Below, piece after piece: positions 1 to 8,434 of a DNA stretch of 58,802 bases. Every line of letters begins with the position of its first letter. Within the stretch, counting starts at the first letter, position 1. Both the position numbers and the translations under genes were made by a program. Source of the DNA: a virus (taxonomy: Duplodnaviria > Caudoviricetes); IMG/VR virus record IMGVR_UViG_3300036760_000108, positions 1 to 58,802 of that record, one strand, 5' to 3'. The notes under the pieces are model-generated. The model was not told the origin of the DNA and searched no databases. It was given only the letters and a program-made list of their open reading frames with translations.

Positions 1-428
1 CCGAGAATCCGGTATAACTGCCTGATTTGATTTTCCAAAATTGTTATCTCCATTCAGTTCCTCTAAAGTATAGCACGAGAGTGCTGATTTATCAAGGCTT
101 AAAGCTTAACCCAAGGAATCGTCTCTAGAATCTGCATCAAATGACGCGTCTGAGCTTTTGCGTCATCCAAGGCATTATGCTTTGTTCCCTCGAAGGCCGG
201 CACAGGTGCATTGGACAACTTGCACATGGTACGATAGCAAACGTCATACTTGTAGCTGACTGGATATTTCTGGTTAATAGCTTTGTACGCATTGTGCAAC
301 ACCACGTTGTCATAGGCCGCGCCGTTCCCAAAGATGTACGTCTCTTTGTTCGGCACGAATCGACTGAAAGCACCCAGAGCACTGGCTAATGAAACTGGAT
401 TTCTAAACGCTTCTCTGGCTTCCGGCTT
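1..428. repeat. Terminal direct repeat, left copy (circular overlap; imperfect)
   Basis: 1-428 aligns without gaps to 58375-58802; first 78 nt identical, about 31 substitutions by manual count. Confidence 0.95.
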
Positions 429-650
429 CTGCGAGAGCCACCACATGACCGTATCTGCTTTGATGTGGAGTCCGGCTTGCTGACTGCTATCCAAGCTCAC
501 GGCTGTGTAGAATAGCTGATCCTGTGTGAACTCAGTCTGCTTCACATTCAACCAGAACTTGACAGCGCCGATTGAGATGATCGAAGCATTGCTATCGGTT
601 GACATGCACTCAAGGTCGAGCATTATAGCATTATATGGAGTTACTTTCAT
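99..650 (-). CDS. 3'-5' exonuclease, DEDDh (Rv2179c/DUF5051-like)
   Basis: MLDLEC, SIGAV, GNGAAYDNVVL, HNALDDA motifs; ATG at 650 forms an ATGA overlap with the upstream stop. Confidence 0.85.
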   Translation of the reverse strand: MKVTPYNAIMLDLECMSTDSNASIISIGAVKFWLNVKQTEFTQDQLFYTAVSLDSSQQAGLHIKADTVMWWLSQKPEAREAFRNPVSLASALGAFSRFVPNKETYIFGNGAAYDNVVLHNAYKAINQKYPVSYKYDVCYRTMCKLSNAPVPAFEGTKHNALDDAKAQTRHLMQILETIPWVKL

Positions 651-1099
651 AATGTAGTTCGTCTGTTGTTCGCTTGTTGTTTTGCAGTTGCCCAACGACA
701 GTTACTATAGGTATACCATCCATCATTATCGAAACGGTCTAAGCTGGTTTTATCTGCTGGTCTACGTCCCATGTCTGCTAGAAAGTTTTCATACTTATGC
801 CAACGAATAGCAACTCCAATCCCGCGCCCACCATAATTCGGATACTTTTCTGCATGAGGGTTATAACATCGGTACATCATGTTCGCCCATGTGCGATACT
901 CAATACTCTTTGTATCACCATGCGTTCTATCTCTGAATTTCATGATCTTACGCCTAAGACAACCACAAGACTTTGTAGTGCCTGAGTTAAGATTAGTGCG
1001 CCAAGTACGGAACACATTTCCACATGAGCATAAGGCCAACACATATGCGTGTCCTTTAATAACTTCACAAATACGAATTATTTTTGGTATATGATTCAT
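647..1099 (-). CDS. HNH homing endonuclease
   Basis: CSCG, TKSCGC, YGGRGI, SLDRFDNDGWY..NCRWAT; start at ATGA overlap. Confidence 0.85.
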   Translation of the reverse strand: MNHIPKIIRICEVIKGHAYVLALCSCGNVFRTWRTNLNSGTTKSCGCLRRKIMKFRDRTHGDTKSIEYRTWANMMYRCYNPHAEKYPNYGGRGIGVAIRWHKYENFLADMGRRPADKTSLDRFDNDGWYTYSNCRWATAKQQANNRRTTL

Positions 1100-1326
1100 G
1101 GTTTTGGGTTCCACCAAATCATTGCTATTTTTAATGAATATTTAAGATCGTGCCCACATACGTGAGTCCAACATCCTGCATCCAAACCATTCACAAAAGA
1201 ATTAAGCCAACCTTTTAAGCACCGATTTGGTTCAGTATAACGATGTGTCCGTCTATAAATCCAATAAGCTATTGGTGAAGTAATCCACCATAATTTCCTC
1301 TTGAATTGAATAGCTAGATTACTCAC
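1096..1326 (-). CDS. Hypothetical protein
   Basis: ORF packed between neighbours; GTG start overlapping upstream stop (start uncertain). Confidence 0.45.
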   Translation of the reverse strand: MSNLAIQFKRKLWWITSPIAYWIYRRTHRYTEPNRCLKGWLNSFVNGLDAGCWTHVCGHDLKYSLKIAMIWWNPKP

Positions 1327-1978
1327 GATGGTCCCAAGCCCCCGTCTGCGTGTGAAACTCATAGGCATGGATCAGATGCTTGAAGACTTGGAAGTAATGC
1401 TGCAATCCGGTGTATTCTTTCGTGTAGACCTTGGCCGTTTTCTTGTCAACTCTTACGGCAAGCCCGTTAGGTATTTTCGTAAAGATTTCGTTGTCGTCCC
1501 ACCCTTGTGATTCTCCGAATAAGTGTGCGTAAGCCGAGAGCTGTAAACCAACCGTCTCATAGAGTTGGTTCGACGTTTTCCAGTCGGCTGCGAGCATGAC
1601 TCCATTTTTCTTTCCGATGAAGTCCCAAGTGCCTTGGAAATTATATCGTTTGCTATAGACTGCATCTTCTGGTTCAGCATTGATAACCTCCAATCCCGAT
1701 GTGTCATACCATTCTGCGAAGTTCTTTGCACATTCTTTGGCTTTGTCCTGATCCACAGACTCAGGGTACTCAATAGGCCTAGACTTTTTTGTTATGTACT
1801 GCTCAATCAAGTCATGGACAGCCGTCCCGAATAAAGCACTTTCCGTCTTGATCCGGTTACACTCCTCACTACCATATTTTCCGTACCACGCATATAAACC
1901 GGGTTTATCTAAACAACCAATTATCTGGGTAACCGAAGGTATGTTTATTCCTCCACGTACTACGGTTTTATGCGCCAT
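1319..1978 (-). CDS. PD-(D/E)XK exonuclease (Cas4/RecB-like)
   Basis: PSVTQI, GTAVHD, FQGTWD, DWKTS, QLSAY motifs. Confidence 0.85.
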   Translation of the reverse strand: MAHKTVVRGGINIPSVTQIIGCLDKPGLYAWYGKYGSEECNRIKTESALFGTAVHDLIEQYITKKSRPIEYPESVDQDKAKECAKNFAEWYDTSGLEVINAEPEDAVYSKRYNFQGTWDFIGKKNGVMLAADWKTSNQLYETVGLQLSAYAHLFGESQGWDDNEIFTKIPNGLAVRVDKKTAKVYTKEYTGLQHYFQVFKHLIHAYEFHTQTGAWDHRE

Positions 1979-2276
1979 TGAGAACTCTCCTTGCTTGTTG
2001 AATTTTATACTGGGACTTCATATGAGGTAATAGTAGTCTTAAAAACTTTTCAGCTCTCTTACCTACTAATCGCCACGAATGATGACCTAACTTTGAACGA
2101 AAGATACTCCCATGCTTTACACATTTCAGAATGAAGTCTAAAGGCGTTCGATCTTTTTGTCCGATATCAACAGCTACTCGTTTATAATGATAGCCATCAC
2201 TGTGATGATTCGCATTCCAACAAGACCCCTCACCTTCATAAAATCCTACGATCCAAGCTAATTGTTTCTTAGTCAC
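1968..2276 (-). CDS. LAGLIDADG homing endonuclease (single motif)
   Basis: LAWIVGFYEGEGS motif, IGQKD, LLPHM. Confidence 0.8.
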   Translation of the reverse strand: MTKKQLAWIVGFYEGEGSCWNANHHSDGYHYKRVAVDIGQKDRTPLDFILKCVKHGSIFRSKLGHHSWRLVGKRAEKFLRLLLPHMKSQYKIQQARRVLNGA

Positions 2277-2482
2277 TTTAATCCTTCAATCTTTTTTAAT
2301 GTTTCTTGAGCCCAACTATGCTCATCATGACGCAAGTGAAAATCGCAACTGTTTCTATTTCCTTGAGGGTCATAATCAGAGAACTCTTGAAGAGTATCCC
2401 AAGCCAGAGATAATGCTTTCTCAAGTTTAGCAATATACTTTTCATCTGTCTCGCTTTCATCAAGCCACGTTGGTCCGTTCAT
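2273..2482 (-). CDS. Hypothetical protein
   Basis: ORF with ATGA overlaps, GGAG RBS. Confidence 0.6.
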   Translation of the reverse strand: MNGPTWLDESETDEKYIAKLEKALSLAWDTLQEFSDYDPQGNRNSCDFHLRHDEHSWAQETLKKIEGLK

Positions 2483-2745
2483 TTCTCCTCCACTATCTTC
2501 TTGGAGTCGTGAAAGGCTGGTCCATGCTCACAGGCATGTGGATCTCCACATTCCTCGACGATAGACTCAATCCCCACTTCTGGTTCTTCACCTGATCTAC
2601 CGGCCTTGTAGCCTCCGATATATGCTTGACGAATTGTTTCAGTGATGCACGGACAAAATTCATGCCCACCAACATACTTCAACGGAGGTTTTGTGTAGAC
2701 ACAAGGCCGTTGAAGAATAGACTTGCACAATTCGTTGACAGTCAT
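2479..2745 (-). CDS. Hypothetical protein
   Basis: ORF in operon, GGAG RBS. Confidence 0.6.
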   Translation of the reverse strand: MTVNELCKSILQRPCVYTKPPLKYVGGHEFCPCITETIRQAYIGGYKAGRSGEEPEVGIESIVEECGDPHACEHGPAFHDSKKIVEEK

Positions 2746-2746
2746 T

Positions 2747-3262
2747 TTATTCTCCGATGTACTTCACACCAGCGTCAGCAACTTTACGAACCAAGGCCAG
2801 ATACTCCTCGACGTTCATAGACCACTGAGCAAGGGCCGGGGAATTCAAGGCCGCTTGATAGATACCAGCGCGACTGATCTGACGTTGAATCTGCACATCA
2901 TAGTCAGTTAAGGGCTGACCGAATCCAGCGCGAGTAGGATTCTTGGCTGAGGTTGTGACCGGAGCAGACACAGGAGCTTCTGCTTTAGGCGTTGCCGGGG
3001 CAGCGGGTGCAGCAACCGGGACAGGAGCGGCAGCCGGAGCTGCGGCAACTTCCTGACCAAGGATTTCACTGATGTACTTCTTGCCTGTCTTGCTCACAAC
3101 CACAGAAACTTTGTAGCCTTCATTCGGCACAAAGTGTGAAGGAGTGAGAGGTTCATTGACTCCGAACCAAGTCTTCTCATCAACGCGAACTCCATACTTA
3201 CCGACCTGCAACACCTGAATGTTTTCTACGACGACGGGACGTTCAGCAGCTTTGTAAGCCAT
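2747..3262 (-). CDS. Putative ssDNA-binding protein
   Basis: OB-like beta N-terminus, Ala/Pro linker, C-terminal QISRAGIYQAA helix; strong AGGAGGAG RBS; replication context (inference). Confidence 0.45.
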   Translation of the reverse strand: MAYKAAERPVVVENIQVLQVGKYGVRVDEKTWFGVNEPLTPSHFVPNEGYKVSVVVSKTGKKYISEILGQEVAAAPAAAPVPVAAPAAPATPKAEAPVSAPVTTSAKNPTRAGFGQPLTDYDVQIQRQISRAGIYQAALNSPALAQWSMNVEEYLALVRKVADAGVKYIGE

Positions 3263-3351
3263 TTTACTCCTCCTAATTTAATTTAGCGACAGGTAAGCTA
3301 GAGGCTCTTACCATTGTGGACCGAGTTCCCTTCTAACACCTGCCACATCGA

Positions 3352-3456
3352 ATGTCCTATTGGACTCACACCAATTTCCCACTACTGAGGGACCAGCATA
3401 CCCTCTTGTTCGTGGCCCTTATTGTCTTCGGCGCTCGATTCTTTGCGTTAGGACAA
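3352..3456 (-). ncRNA. Candidate structured ncRNA with tRNA-like closure
   Basis: TGTCCT/AGGACA closing stem, ATTGG-TGTGAGT-CCAAT T-arm-like hairpin, CCAC/GTGG stem with GAA/AGTA internal loop, GAGGG/CCCTC hairpin. Confidence 0.4.
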
Positions 3457-3459
3457 ATC

Positions 3460-3555
3460 TTACAATAACAAAGCAACGATTGCAACGAGGACACCTGTGA
3501 TAACTCCAAGCTTGATGGCCTCGTGAATAATATACCCTATCTGGGATAAATCCAT
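3460..3555 (-). CDS. Small membrane peptide (31 aa)
   Basis: MDLSQIGYIIHEAIKLGVITGVLVAIVALLL read manually; AAGGA RBS. Confidence 0.55.
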   Translation of the reverse strand: MDLSQIGYIIHEAIKLGVITGVLVAIVALLL

Positions 3556-3608
3556 GTTATCCTTTTACTGGGATATTCGCCGCATAAAATCCGCATGATC
3601 TGCGGAGA

Positions 3609-4136
3609 TTAGAAGCGAACCCTCAGTCCTCCTATCGGACTCTTGTCCAACTGCATCCCCACAAAGACTGACGTGTTCGAGAACTTATCGAACGGAGTGT
3701 ACGTAAGAGCACCATAAGGCTTCACAATGTTGCTCAAGGACACACCAGAACCTGCAGCAAAGGCCAGCCCTGCGTTCAAACCGAACCTTTTGAAGTAGAC
3801 CACTCTGGCATCGAGATCGACCCTTAAACGGTCACTACAGCTCACTCCAATGCCCGGCTGGAAGCCTACACCGAACTGTCTGATGTGATAGGTCACATCC
3901 CCATGAGTGTCAATTGTGACAGTTGTGGAGTTAGGATCAGGCTGGTAAATATGCACCGGAGGTTGAGCTGGTTGACCGGGCTTAACATGAGGTGTCACAA
4001 TCAGTGTGTCACCATGCGTTGTAATGTCAGTGGTGCCCGGATTCGTAATTGTCACCGGCTTATTGCACCTCTGTAGAATTAACGTACATCCAAGAACGCT
4101 AACAATGAAGAAGCCAATCTTAGCTCTGAGAGTCAT
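3609..4136 (-). CDS. Envelope protein, possible spanin (N-terminal TM/signal, C-terminal amphipathic beta strands ending in Phe)
   Basis: Hydrophobic N-terminus with QRC; alternating strands; ends GLRVRF; downstream of holin-like gene. Confidence 0.45.
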   Translation of the reverse strand: MTLRAKIGFFIVSVLGCTLILQRCNKPVTITNPGTTDITTHGDTLIVTPHVKPGQPAQPPVHIYQPDPNSTTVTIDTHGDVTYHIRQFGVGFQPGIGVSCSDRLRVDLDARVVYFKRFGLNAGLAFAAGSGVSLSNIVKPYGALTYTPFDKFSNTSVFVGMQLDKSPIGGLRVRF

Positions 4137-4353
4137 CTTTCACTCCTTTTATAACTTTTGCTACTGCGTGTGTAGCGAATGTAGATAACACAGCGATGTA
4201 GACATCACGAACTGTCGTTGGTAGATTTTGTCCCTTTACTGCGTAAAATGCGATAATCGCCAGCATCTCAAGCGAGAAGAGACCCATGATGGCCCCACCC
4301 CGGATGTCCAAGAACTTTTGAATCACCAGCCACTTCCGATACAAGCATTTCAT
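4120..4353 (-). CDS. Putative holin (2 TM)
   Basis: Two hydrophobic segments, basic N-terminus, charged C-terminus; GGGGG RBS before ATG 4353. Confidence 0.45.
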   Translation of the reverse strand: MKCLYRKWLVIQKFLDIRGGAIMGLFSLEMLAIIAFYAVKGQNLPTTVRDVYIAVLSTFATHAVAKVIKGVKDDSQS

Positions 4354-4461
4354 AAGTGTAACCCCCACACTATAACACACAAGAATTGCATGAATTATTC
4401 ATTAAAAGACTTACAATTCGCATCATTTCGTGTGTTTCTCCTCATCACTGCGCGTCTACAA

Positions 4462-4827
4462 TTAAAGATGAATCGACGCTAGAATACGCAGTTTCTTCGC
4501 TGCCCTAATTACGAGCTGTTGCACGGCTCCTCTAGGTAACCTCATCTTCTTGCCCGCTGTCGGGAAGTTGTAGCCCATCCTCACGACCAGATGAAAGGCC
4601 TTGCGTTCCTTGGCCGTCATCAAATCCTCGGCGCCATTGTTCAAAGCTTCGAGCACCGAATCCAACTGTGCGTTGTACGCCGGGTCTTCTGGCGCTGGGA
4701 TGTCATCCACTTCTTTGGCCGCTGTCATTTCCATCCACGACCAGTACGGACTCTTCTCTCCACAAGGTTTGGCTCTGACTTCTTTGACGTTCTGCCAGAT
4801 CACGAGTTTGTCTTTTCGTTTAGCCAT
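4462..4827 (-). CDS. Sigma-70 region 4-like HTH regulator
   Basis: MTAKERKAF...GYNFPTAGKKMRLPRGAVQQLVIRAAKKLR fits the sigma4 HTH pattern. Confidence 0.7.
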   Translation of the reverse strand: MAKRKDKLVIWQNVKEVRAKPCGEKSPYWSWMEMTAAKEVDDIPAPEDPAYNAQLDSVLEALNNGAEDLMTAKERKAFHLVVRMGYNFPTAGKKMRLPRGAVQQLVIRAAKKLRILASIHL

Positions 4828-4980
4828 TGTCTTGTTCTCGTTGCGCCCGACGTTCACGATTCACTTTTGCACGAAGTGATTTATTATACCTAAAAGTTGT
4901 ATTACGATCACCCTTCCTTGTTCTACGGTTTGGTGTTGTCTTGCTATTTGAATATGCTTTATACTGCATTATGATATCTC

Positions 4981-5196
4981 CTATTTATGTTTTTTCTTCT
5001 TTAGTGTATTAATCTCAGATTGAAGTCCAAAACAATTCCCTTGATCCTCTGGTATTTGGGAAATATCTTGATAGACTTTAGCTTGTCCTTCAAGGAATCC
5101 TACTTGGTATGCTTTTCGATTTAATAGAATTGAAAGAATAATGACTAGCCCAAGAAGAGAAAAAGTAACAGTTGTATGATACTTATTAGTGGGCAT
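4981..5196 (-). CDS. Small membrane protein
   Basis: Single N-terminal TM segment. Confidence 0.55.
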   Translation of the reverse strand: MPTNKYHTTVTFSLLGLVIILSILLNRKAYQVGFLEGQAKVYQDISQIPEDQGNCFGLQSEINTLKKKKHK

Positions 5197-5502
5197 TTAT
5201 TCTTCAACCTCGTAATCCTCATCACCATAATCTTCGTCATCAGCATAATCTTTTTCTGCTGCATACCAATAATCTGATTTAGCCGCTTCTATTAATGCAT
5301 GTCCCGCAAGAAACCCTGGGTCTTCAATGAACTGTGCTTCGGTTGAATTACTCTCTAGAATCCATAATACACGATCATCACTATTAAAACGTAACCCTTT
5401 CAAAGCGTCAGTTGGTAATAAAATTCTATCTCGTAATGCATGAAACAAGTGGATAGCATGAGATTTCATAAACGGCGAATATTTCACAGCATTAATATTC
5501 AT
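5197..5502 (-). CDS. Hypothetical protein with acidic tail
   Basis: ORF in operon; DDEDYGDEDYEVEE C-terminus. Confidence 0.6.
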   Translation of the reverse strand: MNINAVKYSPFMKSHAIHLFHALRDRILLPTDALKGLRFNSDDRVLWILESNSTEAQFIEDPGFLAGHALIEAAKSDYWYAAEKDYADDEDYGDEDYEVEE

Positions 5503-5627
5503 TATTCCCCCGCCTCTTCACGACATTGTGTTGAACAATAAAGCTGCCAGTCTGGATGTGTCGAACATTCTTGACAATACCAGACGTTGCAATTCAAACA
5601 TTGGACAACGCTTTGATTGTTCATCAT
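5502..5627 (-). CDS. Small Cys-rich (Zn-finger-like) protein
   Basis: Read manually: CLNC..CQEC..YCSTQC; coupled to both neighbours. Confidence 0.5.
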   Translation of the reverse strand: MMNNQSVVQCLNCNVWYCQECSTHPDWQLYCSTQCREEAGE

Positions 5628-5803
5628 ACCCTCTCGATTGTAATATGCCGTTGTTTCCACACTCTCGTCTCATCAATGGCTCTGTCTCTCACAATCCCAT
5701 ATGCAATCTTCCACATCTTCCTCGACACTGGACAGCCGGGGTTGACCATCTTTTTACTTTCCTTCAACACTTCTGCTGGAACGCCTTCGTGTGTTGTCAT
5801 CAT
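5624..5803 (-). CDS. Hypothetical protein
   Basis: AGGAGG RBS directly after consensus promoter. Confidence 0.6.
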   Translation of the reverse strand: MMTTHEGVPAEVLKESKKMVNPGCPVSRKMWKIAYGIVRDRAIDETRVWKQRHITIERV

Positions 5804-5822
5804 AATTTCTTTCCTCCTGATA

Positions 5823-5851
5823 AGTATAACATATAAGGTCCAATTTGTCAA
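5823..5851 (-). promoter_or_regulatory. Sigma70-type promoter
   Basis: TTGACA-17 nt-TATACT with TG extended -10. Confidence 0.8.
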
Positions 5852-6133
5852 GGCCTAATTTTATCTGGTCCGCCGGACACCCATAGTGTTTCCGTCTCAG
5901 ATCGTAAACACTGTATCGACGTTTTTTGACCTCCATTTCCGAATTGACTTGCGTAGGGCCGAATTTCTGTAAAGTTCTAGCGGGACGGTCAAAAGGCCGT
6001 CCAACCGTCAACGCTTATCACACAATCCCTCAATATTCCTTAACTATAGTGTAAGGTCTTCTTATGTCTAGTATTGTGGACATTACACCCCTTAGCACTA
6101 ATGTTTAAAGGCGTTATGCCTAGCCTTGCCCGC

Positions 6134-6394
6134 TTAGCTATTCGCTACCTCTGCTAGTACGTCACCATGACACGCAAGAGGAGAGCACCAACACGCTAAG
6201 ACCTTGCCGCCTAGCTCTGCTTTAGCTTTAGCAATCAAGGCTGGCCGTGCTTCCAACCATGCGCGATACTTGCTTACCACGTCAGCGCGTGACCCATCAC
6301 GGCCTATAACAAAACAATTTCCCCATACTGTAGGCCTTCCTATGTAAACATCATAAGGTTTTCCAGACTTACAGTGAACTATCCATTTACTCAT
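6134..6394 (-). CDS. DUF4326 family protein
   Basis: YDVYIGRPTVWGNCF...LGGKVLACWCSPLACHGDVL signature. Confidence 0.9.
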   Translation of the reverse strand: MSKWIVHCKSGKPYDVYIGRPTVWGNCFVIGRDGSRADVVSKYRAWLEARPALIAKAKAELGGKVLACWCSPLACHGDVLAEVANS

Positions 6395-6695
6395 TGTCTC
6401 ACCTCTTGTGTGGAATACACCATAGATTCTTTTCCCTCAATCATTCTGTATACAGCAAAAAGACCTTGGCGCGTATCACGCCAAAGTCTCTAAGCAACAC
6501 ACAGCTATGAAATTACGAAATGTTTTTAGATTTCTTTCCTAAGGTACGCTTGATGCTTCAAGTCTTCAAATAATTCTGTAGCAAGCTTGAGACGTTCACG
6601 CCATTCTCTATCTGTTAGCTTTTCCTTCGTATCAGTCATAATTCTCCTTGTACGATTAGATTATGAGCGCTAATAATTTTCTTTTGACACCTTGA

Positions 6696-6974
6696 CTAGG
6701 CCGTGACAAGACCTCGTAAGTTTTGGATTGCGACTTTAGCTTCACTCTTCAAGAGGTACGCATGACGCACCCCTACTAATTTAATCCGTCCACTAGGTAA
6801 CACTTCACGCACACTGTACCGCTTGCCGTTGCGCGTCACGTCTGAGCTAATGAAATACCTATCTCCATAAACAGTGGGTAAAACTTTCGCTTTAAAGCGT
6901 GCAATAGTCCTACCTTCAAAGAAAGACCCGCCCGCTAATTCGTTTTCGTCTCTAATCTTTTCAATTTTAAGCAT
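6696..6974 (-). CDS. Conserved phage early hypothetical protein
   Basis: SFFEGRTIARF...YFISSD...RYSVR; AGGGG RBS before ATG 6974. Confidence 0.55.
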   Translation of the reverse strand: MLKIEKIRDENELAGGSFFEGRTIARFKAKVLPTVYGDRYFISSDVTRNGKRYSVREVLPSGRIKLVGVRHAYLLKSEAKVAIQNLRGLVTA

Positions 6975-7355
6975 GTTTGTTATCCCCTTTAGTTTGATTG
7001 TTGTATCCTCGTGCATACGTTCTTTGCCTATGGCAATTTGCACAAACTACGTCACACTTATTAATTTCCTCTTTTAATCGTTTCAATGAAGTTTTTACGA
7101 TTCCGATACTGAAAAGTTTTTGACCCCTTGTATGGTCAAAGTCCATTTGCCATGAGTTATACTTGATTCCACAATCCGCACATGGTTTATCTTTCTCTTT
7201 GATAATCAAGTCTTTACGCGCTTGATCCATGCTTCATTCCTACATGGATGGCCTAAGCGATACTGTTTATGATAGTCTGGATTCTTAGCAATCCATCGTT
7301 GATTCTTTTCTGTTTGTGTTAACGGCCTATCACCTAAAATAAAAGGTCTAGACAT
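6967..7355 (-). pseudogene. HNH endonuclease split by an apparent frameshift near 7210-7225
   Basis: 49-aa N-terminal ORF 7355-7206 (MSRPF...NEAWIKRVKT*) overlaps the frame carrying PCADCG...MDFDH...CDVVCANCH. Confidence 0.55.
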
Positions 7356-7357
7356 TG

Positions 7358-7489
7358 TTACCGCCCGCATGTGGCATCATTGTATTGTGATAACCACTCT
7401 CCACAATCTAAGCAAACGTAATGAATCTCTCCGGCCTTTTCCTCTCTAAACTCTAGCCTATGTTCCGTCAACGTCCTTTGACAAATCAT
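7358..7489 (-). CDS. Small Zn-ribbon protein
   Basis: MICQR...H...YVCLDCGE; start at ATGA overlap with GATase stop. Confidence 0.45.
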   Translation of the reverse strand: MICQRTLTEHRLEFREEKAGEIHYVCLDCGEWLSQYNDATCGR

Positions 7490-8433
7490 CGGTGCACCTC
7501 TAGAGCCGCTGGCGGCATGTCTTTTGTCTCGGCCTCTTTTAGCCACATCAAACAGTCTAAACAATAGCCCTCTGATAATTCCCCTAGTCCCCCGCACATG
7601 TCGCAATAGTCCGTTGTGGCGTGCGCCTTGTCTCTGTCATCCTTCCATGTGCTAAAGTCTTCCTTGTGCTCATCCTCATCTACTAGATTGCCGTGCGCTT
7701 GTGGCATCCTCGGCGCGTCTAGCTTATATCCACCACCATATGAGGCATAATCATAATCGGCAAGTGAAGAGCCTAGACCGCTAGAGGCATAGCCCGCCGT
7801 AAAGCTGTATGACTTATTCCGTGGTACGCGCTCATTCGTTAAGCGTGTAGCATCATGGAAAGTATAAATCATACCCTCGGCTAATTGCCGTACATGCGTA
7901 CATCCGATAGCCTTTAGCTGTTCCGCTTCACTCGCTAAGTATGTGCCGCCGTTATGACGGCCTCTGTATAGAGGATTGCCGCAACGGTACGCTTTAAGCT
8001 TGCCGCCTTCAATCCACACAAGAGCTATACAGCCCTCATACTTGCTAAAGTCTTTAGCCTTGATCCCATGTATCAAGCTCTGAGAGTCTACGGCATAGGT
8101 GCCGAAATCCTCATCATTGATAATGATACCGTTATGCGCGAACGCGATACCATCATCTAAGAAAGGATGAGCATTAGCGCTAGTAACGTCACCTTGTGTA
8201 GCGGCTCTAGTGTGACCGATAAACATACCAGATATTGCCGCTTCAGTTACTTCCTTGCGTAGTGTGGTATTCAATGCCACACAAGGCCTATCAGCTACTT
8301 TAGCTATGCGTACCTCATTGTTAGAGACGTAAGCAAGGCCTACGCTATCCGTGCCTCTATCCTCATTCATAGACCCTAGCGCAATCATCCGGTTACTGCT
8401 AAGCTTGCCTATCCCTGCAAATAATCCACACAT
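7486..8433 (-). CDS. Class II (Ntn) glutamine amidotransferase
   Basis: N-terminal MCG, RGTDSVG, GHTRAATQG, NAHPF, AHNGII, VDS; C-terminal CxxC..CxxC. Confidence 0.92.
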   Translation of the reverse strand: MCGLFAGIGKLSSNRMIALGSMNEDRGTDSVGLAYVSNNEVRIAKVADRPCVALNTTLRKEVTEAAISGMFIGHTRAATQGDVTSANAHPFLDDGIAFAHNGIIINDEDFGTYAVDSQSLIHGIKAKDFSKYEGCIALVWIEGGKLKAYRCGNPLYRGRHNGGTYLASEAEQLKAIGCTHVRQLAEGMIYTFHDATRLTNERVPRNKSYSFTAGYASSGLGSSLADYDYASYGGGYKLDAPRMPQAHGNLVDEDEHKEDFSTWKDDRDKAHATTDYCDMCGGLGELSEGYCLDCLMWLKEAETKDMPPAALEVHR

Positions 8434-8434
8434 G

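Noticed and set aside
1-428. Imperfect repeat as a DGR template/variable repeat pair
   Set aside because: Substitutions are not adenine-specific, are mostly synonymous, and no reverse transcriptase is present
1319-1978. Cas4-like nuclease as part of a CRISPR system
   Set aside because: No repeat-spacer array or other cas genes seen; common phage exonuclease
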